Source: an uncultured Nitrososphaerales archaeon
GTDB lineage: Archaea > Thermoproteota > Nitrososphaeria > Nitrososphaerales > Nitrososphaeraceae
DNA length: 64,000 nt
Reading direction: 5' to 3'
Assembly: GCA_963709405.1 (NCBI GenBank)
Contig: CAVPXM010000061.1
Span: forward strand, 1-64,000
The position numbers were made by a program, and so were the translations under genes. Positions 22,295-34,362 of the stretch are shown here, piece by piece. Each line of letters starts with the position of its first letter. Within the stretch, counting starts at the first letter, position 1. The notes below the pieces were generated by a model, which made no database searches, was not told where the DNA came from, and saw only the letters and a program-made list of their open reading frames with translations.

Positions 22295-23239
22295 TTGACA
22301 GCTGCTTATACCTCAATTGCCAGGTACTACGTTCAACAATCTTTACATCCTGTAATTCTTGCTATGACTGCCAGCCCCGGATCAGAAAGAGAAAGAATGG
22401 ACGAGGTGTGTGATAACTTATTCATTGAAAAGATAGAATACAGGAACGAAGAGGATATGGATGTAAAACTTTACATAAATCCAATAGATACGACGTGGAA
22501 ATGGTTTACTATCCCTCAAGAGTACAAATATATAAATTCAAGCCTTCGTGCCATGCTTGAAGAGAAACTTCAGTTTCTCATAAAAAAAGGATTACTGAGA
22601 AAAAGACATCCTAAGTGGATATTTAAGGGCGATCTCCTTAAACTAGGAGAGGAGATCCAGTATAAAATAAATATTACTATGGACGAACAGAGAGGATCAC
22701 TTTATGTAGCCTTGATGCAACAGTCATCAGCTCTTACACTTATGTATTGTGCAGAACTTATAGAAAGCAAGGGATCTCAATCATTGAAGGCTTTTCTCGA
22801 GAGAATTGAAAAGGATGGCGGGAAGGCTCATCGATCTCTGCTAAATGATAATAGAATAAAAGAAGTTCAAACACTTTTAAACAGTCTAAAAATAGAACAT
22901 CCAAAAACAAGATATCTTGTAGACCTTTTAAAACAGCATTACTCTTTTTACAACGACAATATTATTTTCGCGAAAACCTCTGACTCAACTAACAAGAGAC
23001 CAAAAGCTCTCGTTTTCACCCATTACAGAGATACTGCAAGAAAGATAACTGAAATATTGGCTCAAAATGGAATAAAAGCCTCAAGATTTGTAGGCCAGGC
23101 AAAAAGAGAGCTAGATGTTGGAATGCGTCAGGATGAACAATCTGCTGTCCTTGAATCATTCAAAAATGAAGAGTTTGATGTCCTGGTAGCAACGTCCATT
23201 GCAAGATGTCATCAAATCGGTGTAGACGGTCTAAAATAA
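22295..23239 (+). pseudogene. hef: Hef/FANCM-type SF2 helicase internal fragment
   Basis: MTASPG (motif III), LVFTHYRDT (IV), RFVGQA, LVATSIA (V). Lacks motifs I, II and VI and the nuclease domain. Confidence 0.8.
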
Positions 23240-23473
23240 TCTAAAAAAATGCCTACCACTCCCAACATAATCCAGAGATGAGTACTGGAGAAGAACAAAT
23301 ACCGAATTTTGAAGACTTCTTTTCATGATAGCCAAATCTAATACTTACATCACTTTACTGGTAAAGAGAACTGTACAATCGTGAAAATGAAAACGACACT
23401 GATCTCTTTACATGCAGGATCCAAACAGCTTAGAATAATATGTTACTTTCCATTGATAAATATAATTATCATC

Positions 23474-24395
23474 CTACTTTCTCCTTCGTTCTTCCGAAAT
23501 TGTGGACAAACCGGCCAATTCTTCCATGAACTGGATCATGATGGAAAAATCCTCATCCATCCCTTTTGCCATGGCAGCAGTATACATTTGTTGGGCAGAG
23601 GCTGTGGCCGGCATGGACACGGACAAATCGTAGGCGCGGCCCAACACCAGACTAAAATCTTTGTGCATAAGCGAGAGGGCAAAGTTGGTTGGATACTCCT
23701 CTCGCTTGACATTTTCAAGCTTAGACTTCTGACCGGGGGTGAGCACGGCTGTCTGCCCCAGGACTTCGAGCAGCAATCTCTTCTCTAACCCAGCCTTTTC
23801 ACCCAAAGCGATCGCTTCGGCCAGGGCTTGCATCCCCAGGCCAAGCAGGGTATTGACCACCAGCTTCATCGTTGTCCCCATGCCGCTTGCACCCATATAG
23901 AAGCTGTTTTTACCCAGGACGTCCAAAATAGGTTTGCACCGCTCAAAAGTCTTGTGCTCTCCGCCGACGAAGATCACCAGGCTGCCCTCATCCACCTGTG
24001 GTACACTGCCAGATACAGGCAGCATCGATCATCGGAACATTTTTCTCCTTCGCCGCCTGGAAGAGACGGCGTGAGGCGTCTGGAGAAACCGTACTCAGAT
24101 CGATCATTATCGAGCCACCATGCACTCCGGCAAGCGCGCCATCAGGACCGAACATCACTTCTTTCTGGGCTCTGTCATCCGTCACGCAGGCCATCACAAT
24201 CTGGCAGTCGGCAGCCAGGTCTCTGGCCGTCTGGGCAACCTGCGCTCCCCGTTGTCCCACCTCCTGGGCCTTCTCCTTAGTACGATCATACACGGTCACC
24301 TGGTAACCGGCGTCGAGCAGCCTCTGGGCCATATGACTACCCATGTGCCCCACGCCGATGAATCCAATGCTTGGTTTCAACTGGTCGCCTTCCAT
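23474..24395 (-). pseudogene. 3-hydroxyisobutyrate/6-phosphogluconate dehydrogenase-family oxidoreductase, one frameshift, high GC
   Basis: IGFIGVGHMGSHMA, IDLSTVSP, PVSGS, MKLVVN, LMHKDF. Frameshift near 24015. Confidence 0.88.
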
Positions 24396-24638
24396 ACTTA
24401 TCGCAATACCAAATGTTCTATTTATTTGAAGCCGAATGACCCACCACTCCCAGAAATGAGGAAACAATTGCCATCTACATTGATACAGACCATCTTTTCT
24501 CACCTCCATTCGCACTGGTGAGCCGAACGGAGCAGTCATTTTTTTCTATCTATAGCGTTATAGAATAATCGGAACACTGTAAGCTGTTTGCTTCTTCTAT
24601 CAGAACAAAAACAAATTGGATGACCAGTCGATGGAATT

Positions 24639-24917
24639 TTGGGAAGCGGAGAAATTAAAGCGCGTGGAAATGCTGAAGCACCCTTTAGTTCAACACCAGG
24701 AGCTTTATCGGGACCTTTACTTGGCAAGAATGTCACAGACTTAGACAAGGTAATTGCAGATAAAAACACTTATGTCACTGTCAGAACGACTGCACATGAG
24801 AATGGCGAAATTCAAGGACAAATACTTCCAACTAACATTCATGTAGGCTGTCTAAGTAGCATGAGATTTGCTTATCCCCCTCCTACCACACCTGCAGCCA
24901 GTAACTTCGGACCATGA
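24639..24917 (+). pseudogene. CHRD-domain C-terminal fragment
   Basis: LSGPLLGK...TYVTVRTTAHENGEIQGQI. Confidence 0.6.
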
Positions 24918-25494
24918 GCAAAAAGTACAACTACAACAGTGATAAGTAGCAGTATAGCTTAGTAGAGCATGATTTACTGAGGCAATATGCTGGTTGAGAA
25001 GAAATAGTAATTATATCTTTTCAGCCACACCATATTTTTGTCCCTTTCTTTTTTGATTGAAATGTTTATTGCTTTTTAGGGAGGAGTAAAACAAATTATC
25101 ATGAATAAATCACTATCAATATAATGATATATGAAAACTGATAGCTTCGCAAATTATAATCTATAATCATATTGTTCTTGAAAAGAAAAAATGTCATACA
25201 ATAAATAATTATGAAAACAAAATGTTAGCCGAACTACATAATCCATTGAAAACGGATAATAAACTTAACTCCTGTAATGAGGACTTATCCTCATAAAATA
25301 GATTTTCAAGACTGTTGTTATCAAGGGATTAGTTGAACAGGTTTTGTGTATATCTACAAGCTTCAATTTGCTTTTCGTTTGTGCTCAACTAGGGGACTAT
25401 TGATTCAGAATGTTTTAAACCCTTGTTCTTGTTTGCCGACTAATCCCAATTATATAGTCAAGTTTTATCCACTATTCTGAAGGCATTTCTTTCT

Positions 25495-26912
25495 TTAAAT
25501 ACAGGCTAATCCTATAGATATTAATGAAATCACCCAAGCTGTAAGAAATATCAGATTATAAGATTCAGCAGACGGATAGGATGGTAAACCTGCAATGGTG
25601 CTTACAGTTATCTGGTATGATTGCATATAAAGGCCTGCGATTGCTGGCCCTATGGCCATTCCAATGTAAAAGAGAAGAACTGTCATCCCATAAGCAACTC
25701 CACTATATTGCTCTGGAGCTGATGCTGCTACAATATTATAACCCCCAACCCTTGAAAATGATAAGCCAATAGCTATTATGCCTAGGTTAATAGATATTAA
25801 AATTTGAGTTGAGTGAAACATAAATAGCAAAAAGAATCCGATTGTACTGATCACATTTCCTACTACAGTGATATTGAGATTTCCAAACTTAGATATAATA
25901 ACACCAGCAATAGATGATACTAAAAAAGATATAATCATAAAAGGAAGTTGAACATTTGCTACTGCTATTGCATCACCACCAAATCCTAATGGTTTTGGAC
26001 TTCTTACCAATATCGGTATACTCTGATATACCATAAACATTGTAATGCTTACAATCATCAAATTGATATTAGTTGGAAGTAAAATTTTATGGATCATTAG
26101 ATTAAGATTGACTAACGGAGAGGGCGATGTTGTTGTTGTGTTTGTGGTTTTTGCAGATGTTGCCAATATTGACATTTTTCTTTCTATTCTTATAAAAAAC
26201 AAAAGTGAAACTACGGATACAACTGAAAAGCTGATGAGTGGAATCAGATTAGAGGGATTGCTAATACTCTCTAAATCTGACAGTGCAAGCAAAAAGAAGG
26301 TTATCGTAACAGCTAATGTTACTGCACCTTTGATATCAACTAAGTTAACAAATCTACTTCTATCCGTCCTGCTTATAATGTGTATCTGTACCTGCTCAGC
26401 ATTTTTTCTTTCAGATTGCAATTGTTCTTGATTTAGCTTTGTGAATACACAGCAATAGTCAAAATCAAGTTTTGATTTTGGTGATTCCTGTTCTTCCGTA
26501 CTAACATAAATTAATCTATTTACCATCACAATTAATGCAACAGATATAGGTATTATCGAAAAAAAGTCGCGTGCCATCCAAAGTAATTGACTATTGGTCC
26601 TCCTACTGCTAAACCCACTGCAAATCCACCCGCAAAAGTACTTATGAAAATTCCTTGTGCTACCGCTAGTTTTTGTGGAGGAAATTGAGATCGTATGATA
26701 CCAAAAGCTATTGGAAACATAGATAGACCAATGCCCTGAACTATTCTAGCAATAAATAGAAAAGAGATAGAAAATGCTAAACCACCTAAAGTAACACCTA
26801 TAGTATAGATTATCGTTATTATAAGTAGAACTTTCTTTTTTCCATAGATATCAGATAACTTGCCAGCAATCGGAGTCATAACTGCACCCGAAATCAAGTA
26901 TGCTGTAAGCAT
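25495..26912 (-). pseudogene. MFS transporter, frameshifted and 5'-truncated
   Basis: Motif A GKLSDIYGKK, ARIVQGIG, multiple TM segments. Frameshift near 26560. Confidence 0.85.
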
Positions 26913-27436
26913 TAAATGGGCCGATAGTAAATGAACACTGGAGATTCAATAACTGCAGTTTCAATCACTGGAAATTCAATCACCGGTAGGTTGCAGACCT
27001 GCGGTAGTAGTGCAGACTCGGAAATCATACGTATCATCTCCTCACGCTGTCTTTTTCTTAAATCTTTATTACATATTTCTCAGCTGGAATCATATTTGCT
27101 ATACATTCCTAGATGGCAATAGTATAGTAGTTTAGAAGTAATGATATCACCACAAAAATTGAGTAGTAGGCTATAATAGACACGTCTACAATGTTGAACC
27201 ATAATTATTCCAAGATCCAGTTATTATCCCAAAATAAGAGGTGGGAAGTCTTTCCCCTAACTTAGGAGTTATATCTCATTTTTAAAAATGTTTATAATTT
27301 GGCACGCCGCACATCGTATTAAAGGACACTATTTCCGATATGATTATACGGAAGATGTGGTTATTATTGGAGTTGTCATTACCAGAGAGAGCAGTCAGAA
27401 AGAGATTGGCTGGAGAAGTTATTTAATATTAGAGGT

Positions 27437-27670
27437 TTGTCCCCAATATATTATCAATTGCCATCTGACAAATTATATGGCACCGATCCGCTAGGATATA
27501 GGAATCGCTACGAAAAAGCAACAGTAGTTGATGTCTTTGGGGAAATCTCAGAACCGATTTGCAACTATCTGAGATGTCATCACAAAATTTCAGTCCACGG
27601 TGATGAATCTCATATTTGTAAATGTAGGCACCCACAAAATCGAGCTATAGGATTTTCACGAAGCAATTAA
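27437..27670 (+). CDS. Small Cys/His-rich hypothetical protein
   Basis: CNYLRCHHKISVHG...CKCRHP. Confidence 0.45.
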   Translation: MSPIYYQLPSDKLYGTDPLGYRNRYEKATVVDVFGEISEPICNYLRCHHKISVHGDESHICKCRHPQNRAIGFSRSN

Positions 27671-27700
27671 AACTCCCATCTCTTAAATTAAGCCTCGGAT

Positions 27701-28225
27701 TCACTGTTGAGATTTGTATCTTTCAGTTGCCTCGATAATTAGTTTCCTTGCCGTTTCCTTGCACTTCCATCCTAATATCTTTACATACTTGTCCTTTTCC
27801 AGGTCTTTGTGATGTTCGATGAAATGTTGAAGTTTATCTCGCATATCCTTTGGAATATCATTTGTATCATTTACATAGGAAAAACTAGGATCCACCTTCG
27901 CCATGGGCACTGCAATAATTTTTGAGTCAATACCATCCTGATCTTGAGTCAGTACCACTCCTATAGCACGAGAAGTTATGGTTGATGTAGGGATCAATGG
28001 ATAGTTGCCTAGTACAAATGCATCCATATGATCACCATCTTGTTCTTTAGTATCGAGAATATATCCATAATTACACGGGTAGACCATTTTCACCGAGAGC
28101 ACTCTATCTACTACAAGTATTCCAGTTTCGAGATCCATTTCATATTTAATATTACTATCTTTGGAGATTTCAATCAGTACTTTGATCTCAAATAACATTT
28201 GTTCAGGTAGGTTTGTGGCTGACAA
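27701..28225 (-). CDS. ppa: Family I inorganic pyrophosphatase
   Basis: IEISKDSNIKYE, VDRVL, YPCNYGY, DGDHMD, DQDGIDSKIIAV. Confidence 0.92.
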   Translation of the reverse strand: MSATNLPEQMLFEIKVLIEISKDSNIKYEMDLETGILVVDRVLSVKMVYPCNYGYILDTKEQDGDHMDAFVLGNYPLIPTSTITSRAIGVVLTQDQDGIDSKIIAVPMAKVDPSFSYVNDTNDIPKDMRDKLQHFIEHHKDLEKDKYVKILGWKCKETARKLIIEATERYKSQQ

Positions 28226-28574
28226 GCCTTATAGATACTTTAGAGAATCGAATACTAATAATTATTGTTATTGTTGTAGTAGTAGTAGTAGTAGTGGTGG
28301 CATATCCCGACATATAGCTAAAATCTTTGTACGCAAGCTCTTACTGGCAATCAGATATGAAATCAATAGAAACTCTTCCGTTGAGATTTCAAAAGGAACT
28401 ATTAAAAATACGGGTGAGTGAAAGCCTGGTAAAGTTGGCAACAATAATTGTTACTTTTCAATAAATCAATTTTTGGTTGACGTGAGGTCAAGAAAATATA
28501 AAGCTAAAAATAAAGTTAAAGATATTGTAGAGCTAACTGCCACGGCTTGATGAAACCGACAAGGTTATCTTCCG

Positions 28575-30140
28575 TCATCCATTTGGCGTCTGCTGTTGTT
28601 GCATACCCGTGTTGGGATCTAGAGATAGTTTCCTAGCCTGTGCACCATTACTGAAATCGAACATATTATCAATTTTTCCAGCCTTTACATCAAATGATTG
28701 ATTTCCGAGTCTACCTAATCCCCAGTTGTCTTCGATGAACCGTATAATGGATGTCTGGTCAGTAATGGAGTGATCTACAAAGTTTGTCTTTGAGTACGGA
28801 GAAATTACCAATAATGGAAGTCGTGGACCATACCCGCAACGATCTTGATATACTCCTGGGGAAACATGTCCGCACATGTCAGATCCTAGGAGTTTATCAT
28901 ATTTGGGATCATTGGATTGACTTACTATTGGTGGCATAACATGATCATACCAGCCATCAGAGTCATCATATGAGATTATGATCGCTGTATCGTTCCATTC
29001 TCGAAGTTGCTGGATACGATTGATTGTTGACACAAGAAAATGTTGTTCGTCTAATGGGTCAGAGTATCCTGCATGGCCGTTTTGGTATTTGGGTGCTTTT
29101 AGAAAGCTTACTGAAGGTAGGTTTCCATTTTCAGCTGCGTTCCAGAAATCACTCAAATCATACTGGTGATTTGCTTGGTCTGTTTTTCCTATCATAGCAA
29201 CCGTGGTAGGAGGTAAGTGATGGGGGTTAGCGGTTAAACTATAATACATGAAGGGTTCATGATGTGGAACATAATCCTTCTGTTCAGATCCATTTATGTT
29301 CTTATGCTCCGAACCACATACCGCTCTTCCATCAACAGTCTTATTAGTTGGTTTAAATCCTCCTTGGAACCACCCCCAGGTTATATTTTTTGAGTCGAGA
29401 AGAGTACCGATATTAGTTCCACTCATTGCTATTTTTTTGCCGCTTGAACGATCATCAAAACGAGGATCTGGATCGGCTATAACCGTCCCATTAGCCACAT
29501 TATCAGCTATGTTGACAGGAGTTGCTCCGTGAGTTTGACCAGACACGAGGTTTAAAGCTCCAGGTGTAGATGGACCAAATGTTGTACCAAAGGAATTATC
29601 GCTCATTGCAAAATGTTGTGCATAATTCCACAAGGCAGTAACAGTATTTCCATCGAAGTAGCCCATAACTTGCTTCTTGTGAACTGGATCAGTACAACCT
29701 GAGTCAGTCGAGCTAGCAAATTCCACAAATTTGTCTAACAATCCACCATGGTAAGCTTGTTGTTCGGCTGGGTATTCATGATCCATATCGCAAGTCATTG
29801 CCTGGGATCTATCTAATCTAAATGGATTCACTGTATTATTGCCATTGGGATTATTCAGTAGAAGATCAGAGGACAATCCGTTCAAAGATGGTGTTGCAGG
29901 ACTGGACGTAAATGTTGGTTCTCCTGAGGGATTTGTAGCATTAGGATAAGTGGCAAAGTAATGATCAAATGATACATTTTCTTGGAATATAACGACAAGA
30001 TGTTTGATTGGAGTCTTTGTCTTTATTGTCGATGCCACCTCAGCTTCTAAAGTTCCAGTGGTTAAAGACAATAAAATAATGCTTGAGACAAGAAGCCAAA
30101 TCCCAGATATGGATATAATTAAAGTTCTTAATTTATTCAT
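28575..30140 (-). CDS. Secreted phospholipase C / AcpA-type acid phosphatase (phosphoesterase family)
   Basis: Signal peptide, IKHLVVIFQENVSFDHYF, GPSTPGALN, YDDSDGWYDHV, GPRLPLLVISPY. Confidence 0.92.
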   Translation of the reverse strand: MNKLRTLIISISGIWLLVSSIILLSLTTGTLEAEVASTIKTKTPIKHLVVIFQENVSFDHYFATYPNATNPSGEPTFTSSPATPSLNGLSSDLLLNNPNGNNTVNPFRLDRSQAMTCDMDHEYPAEQQAYHGGLLDKFVEFASSTDSGCTDPVHKKQVMGYFDGNTVTALWNYAQHFAMSDNSFGTTFGPSTPGALNLVSGQTHGATPVNIADNVANGTVIADPDPRFDDRSSGKKIAMSGTNIGTLLDSKNITWGWFQGGFKPTNKTVDGRAVCGSEHKNINGSEQKDYVPHHEPFMYYSLTANPHHLPPTTVAMIGKTDQANHQYDLSDFWNAAENGNLPSVSFLKAPKYQNGHAGYSDPLDEQHFLVSTINRIQQLREWNDTAIIISYDDSDGWYDHVMPPIVSQSNDPKYDKLLGSDMCGHVSPGVYQDRCGYGPRLPLLVISPYSKTNFVDHSITDQTSIIRFIEDNWGLGRLGNQSFDVKAGKIDNMFDFSNGAQARKLSLDPNTGMQQQQTPNG

Positions 30141-30308
30141 AAATAGAATTGAGAGTAGTCGTTATCTTATTTGTATTCCCCAAGTATTTCATATTGAAAA
30201 CTATGGAACTATACTATCTATATAGAGATAGACGTATCCAGGATTAGGCCAATATGACGTTAGTTTCATACTACAAGTCCTAAATAACATCAAGTAAAAT
30301 GATACATA

Positions 30309-30413
30309 ATGTCATCAACCAAGTCACATGAATGTAAGGATTGTGAGACGATATTCGAATCCAAGGAAGAACTTGATAAACATATTGCTGAAGAACACTC
30401 TGAAGATGGATGA
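30309..30413 (+). CDS. 34-aa C2H2 zinc-finger miniprotein
   Basis: MSSTKSHECKDCETIFESKEELDKHIAEEHSEDG: canonical Cx2Cx3Fx5Lx2Hx4H. Confidence 0.75.
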   Translation: MSSTKSHECKDCETIFESKEELDKHIAEEHSEDG

Positions 30414-31322
30414 TACAGGAATAATTATACAGTAGATAACTATCTATTTGATTAACTAAATTTGTAATCCTTATCTCATTATTTTTAAATCCACCGAAAA
30501 ATGATGGTTAGAGAAATTTTTACCATAAATTCTATACAATAACATGATTTTGTCGATGTCGAATACCTAATAGCAGAAACATAAAAGAAGCTCTTTGACA
30601 ACAGGGATTATAGTTTGAAGATTGGCAATAGCCTGGGACCAAGTAATTATTGAAAATACATTGTTAGCAGCAATAATAGTAGGATCGATATACGTAGAAC
30701 AATGAACTCATGATAGGTCTCATATAAAGCAGGAAAAACGGACCAAAAAAAAGATCCTCTTTTTCATCGCACATGATTTGCAAAAAAGGCTCGACTTTAT
30801 TAGAGAAACATATCAGTACAATGACTACAAGCCATATGTGGGATGCGGTCATACTTACAGGCAAACAGGCACTGCTACCTTTCGAATTATTTCAAAATCT
30901 TCAGCGAACACATTCATGGATGAAGTACTACAATAGCGAGTTAGAGAGTCGTAGAGGCATGACGCTCGATGAAAAAGTTCTAAAAGATCTGTTAAAAGAT
31001 GTCGTACAAAATATAAACGGATCCCTTCTCATGTTAAAACAGGATAAAATTTTGCATTAACGCAAGTCGCACGGAGATGCTCGCCTATGAAGCATTTGAT
31101 TATAGTTGGTTATGAGGCTAGTCATCATGTATATATAACTCTGTCAGTAGGCACTTTTAATATTTTATTATAAGGATGTACCTGGAATACAACTTGCGCT
31201 CAATCGGTCCTAAATTATGAAGTTATGGTACAATTTGATCTAATTCATGACAAGTTCAAATATTTACACGGAGCTACTGTCTAGTCCAGAATTGATGGTA
31301 CGTGCAAGTTCAACTTACTCGC

Positions 31323-31520
31323 TCATCTATCAACGTCTATCGCATATAATCTAATATCAGGATGAGTGAAATGCTGCCAACATTCTAAACAGAATTCTCC
31401 GCTATTGTGAAATATATGTGCAGCCTCAGTTTTACACTTGATACATTTAATGCAAATATCCATGTTACTATTACTGGCCATTTGTACCTCTAATAAATGA
31501 TCACACTCATAAGAATTCAT
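31323..31520 (-). CDS. Small zinc-finger protein
   Basis: CIKC...FCLECWQ. Confidence 0.5.
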   Translation of the reverse strand: MNSYECDHLLEVQMASNSNMDICIKCIKCKTEAAHIFHNSGEFCLECWQHFTHPDIRLYAIDVDR

Positions 31521-31933
31521 GTCAAGTTATTTTCACCGGTATCATAATCATTAACGTTTGTCGACAATATAATCGATTTCAATCTCCTAGCTTTATTGTT
31601 TTTAATATTGTTATTCGCTTTAATATTATTATATTAGATATTATTAGTAGACATATTCTTTTGCATAGCAGATCTATCAACATTTCTAGACGAAGCATAT
31701 AAATCTAATCTATGTAAAATATTTTGACTAAAATGATCATATTGTATAGTCCTGTACCTATATGAAGCGGCGTAATCTTCAATCTCATTTGAGATAGATT
31801 GTTATCATTGTCGATAACCTGCTGAAATCGATCTTGTTCCTGATGTCATCAACATCTATAGCTAACAGGAAGTAAAGTGAGGGCTATTCCAATAACTATT
31901 GGTTTGACATCATATTTTATTTCATATCTTAGT

Positions 31934-33257
31934 TCAAAAACCGTACTGAGTCGTTAAATCTCTGAGAAGCCGACGCTTCTTAATATGGTGTTTCTCTTCG
32001 CCAGATAAAAGAAATGATAGTAATCTGACCGCTTCAAGTACATGTTTACCCTTGTTTAACATCACACATTCAGCTCTATAACCAATAGCCGCATCTGTAA
32101 TTTCGGCTCTTGTCGGCAGACCACTTTTTGCTAACGTCTCTAGTACTTGGGTGGCTAGAATAACAGCTCACACAAACACAAAATATCTTCTTGAACTAAA
32201 GATAGGTTTTCAAAACCAATTTCTACAGCAAGATCGCCCCTAGCAATAAGTCACTCCAAATTTTGGCAGATCAAGGCCCGATAGAAGTATCTTTGATAAA
32301 TTATGAATTCCGTTACGTGTTTCTATCTTTGCAATAATCCCGAAATCTCCTCTACCTATTCTTACCAGAGCATTATGAAGATCGTGGATATCTTGAGATG
32401 AGTGAACAAATGACAGTGCTACGGCAGTTGCATTACTAACTATGAAGCTAAGATTTTCGATATCTTCGGAAGTTATGGCCGATAAAGATAATTCAGAATC
32501 TGGAAAGTTGAGTCCTTTTTCTGTTTTTATTTTAGCTGTAGTGTCAGATGGTGATACTATTTTCAATACAAGATAGTCGGTGGTGCTTGAGAGAACTATT
32601 GCCTCGACTTTTCCATAATCAATAAATACTCTATGCCCTTGTTGAACCTTGTGAAGTATCTCTGGCATGGTACAGCTAATTTTCATCATTTGATCATATT
32701 CATTCGCACTCATACTAGGATGCTCATTCTTTGAAGACTTAAGGAGAATCATTTTATCACCCGAAGTTACCTCTAAATCGACTGATTGTGGGCTAACCCG
32801 ACCAACTATTATTGAGTCAAAATCAATATTACTATCGTGCCTGGTATCTGGTGCCAGTGTCACCATAATTCTAGTAGTTCGCCCTTCCCTCGGTCGACCT
32901 AACAGCGATTTGCTGCCGATTAGCTAGAATATTTTGTGCATCCTTATGAGTTACTTTTTCTATACGACTTGAATTTGAAGTTGACCCTGGAACAGCCATC
33001 GGATAATTTGGGAAATGCTTCAAAACAAGCTCGATTCCATTTAGAACATGTCCCTCTAGTCTTCCCAACGAAGATAATCCCTGCTCAGCCAGTCTAATTT
33101 GCAGATTTTCAAGATTGTGCTTTCTAAAAGCTAGATAACACAATAAGTTGTCGCGGCTTCTCATATTTTCCCCCACAGTAGTGATGGGATACTGATTTCT
33201 GCATCTCTGGACAGTTTTTATTATTTCGTTAAAAAGCTTAGATAATTCTGTCCCCAA
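31934..33257 (-). pseudogene. pyk: Pyruvate kinase, frameshifted with internal deletion
   Basis: [38 protein letters not shown]...[16 protein letters not shown]. Confidence 0.88.
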
Positions 33258-33429
33258 GCAATTTTTTTCGTCTATATCCTGTATACTTCCCAGTATCCTG
33301 TGTGATTGAATTTGATCTATATACTCCAGGTTAGTAACTTCTATATATAGTATTTTCTGCGTTGAATGTTGGAAAAATGTTACGAAGTGATGATGGTGGT
33401 ATGAATTAAATTCGGAATCTAATCAGCTA

Positions 33430-33975
33430 TCATATCTTCCCAGAATGATTTTTTTACAAAAGTGAAAGGAATACACAAAGACTATTTGACTAGCTTTGAG
33501 TTGGTTCTACGTGATGCTTCAATTGAAGATCTAAATCTTGTGTTTGTATCTAGTATCAACCCTCCACAATGCAAAATAGTGAGCAAAGAGGAGGGGAGAA
33601 AACACCCCAAACCAGGTCAGATCACCTTCACAGTTATTGCAAGGTCTGCCACTAATGAACCAAATAGATTAATTGCTGCATCCATAGGTTTAGCCAGACC
33701 TGTCGATGATACTCAATACGGATATCTATCTGAACATCATTCGACTGGAGAGACGGCCCAGAAGGCTGGAGATTACGCTGAGGACATGGCTATCGAGATG
33801 TTAGCTACAGTGATGGGCCTGCCAGATGACCCGACTCTTGCCAGGGACCAGAGGGAGGAACAATGGAGACTTTCGGGGAAGAGTTTACAAAACACAGAAT
33901 TTTACACAATCCGCACAAGGTCACAAAGATGGCCTCTGGACGACGGTCATAAGTGCAGCAGTATTAATATTATGA
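33430..33975 (+). pseudogene. pdaD: Pyruvoyl-dependent arginine decarboxylase, frameshifted
   Basis: LTSFELVLRDA.I...NLVFVSSI.PP, YGYLSEHH. C-terminal TTVISAAV lies in another frame. Confidence 0.85.
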
Positions 33976-34107
33976 ATACGCATGCTTTGTTGAAAGACAT
34001 GTAAAAGTCGCCCTCTATAATCAATATGGTTAGCTGACACCTCATCGTGCATGACCATATAGGTCTAGTTTGTTGAATGGGGCGTACCTACAAGCTGCTG
34101 TCAGCTA

Positions 34108-34362
34108 TCAGCTAGGAACATTTCTTATGTAAACAAAGTTCAAGATAATCAGCTGTGCAACGATACTAAATACACTTAATGCAGAAAATATCGGGATATC
34201 GGTAGAAGGATTGGGGCGAGTTGAAAATCCTGACTCATTCAAAATAGACACTTCAAGAACTAGGAAAACGATTAGCGCCGATACTACTCCAAAAACAATC
34301 CAATAGTTGGACATCGTATTCATAAACTTCATTCTTAGAGTAAGATCGCCAGTCAAAGTCAT
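34108..34362 (-). pseudogene. Membrane protein fragment
   Basis: Two hydrophobic segments and an abrupt end. Confidence 0.35.

Noticed and set aside
23381-24521. Long plus-strand ORFs (23381, 23828, 23998, 24120)
   Set aside because: Shadow ORFs of the high-GC dehydrogenase on the minus strand.
26940-26987. 15-bp period repeat (SITAV/SITGN)
   Set aside because: Only three degenerate units, likely a shard of a repeat protein.
28276-28295. (GTA)n trinucleotide tract
   Set aside because: Intergenic simple repeat. Similar low-complexity runs are common in this window.
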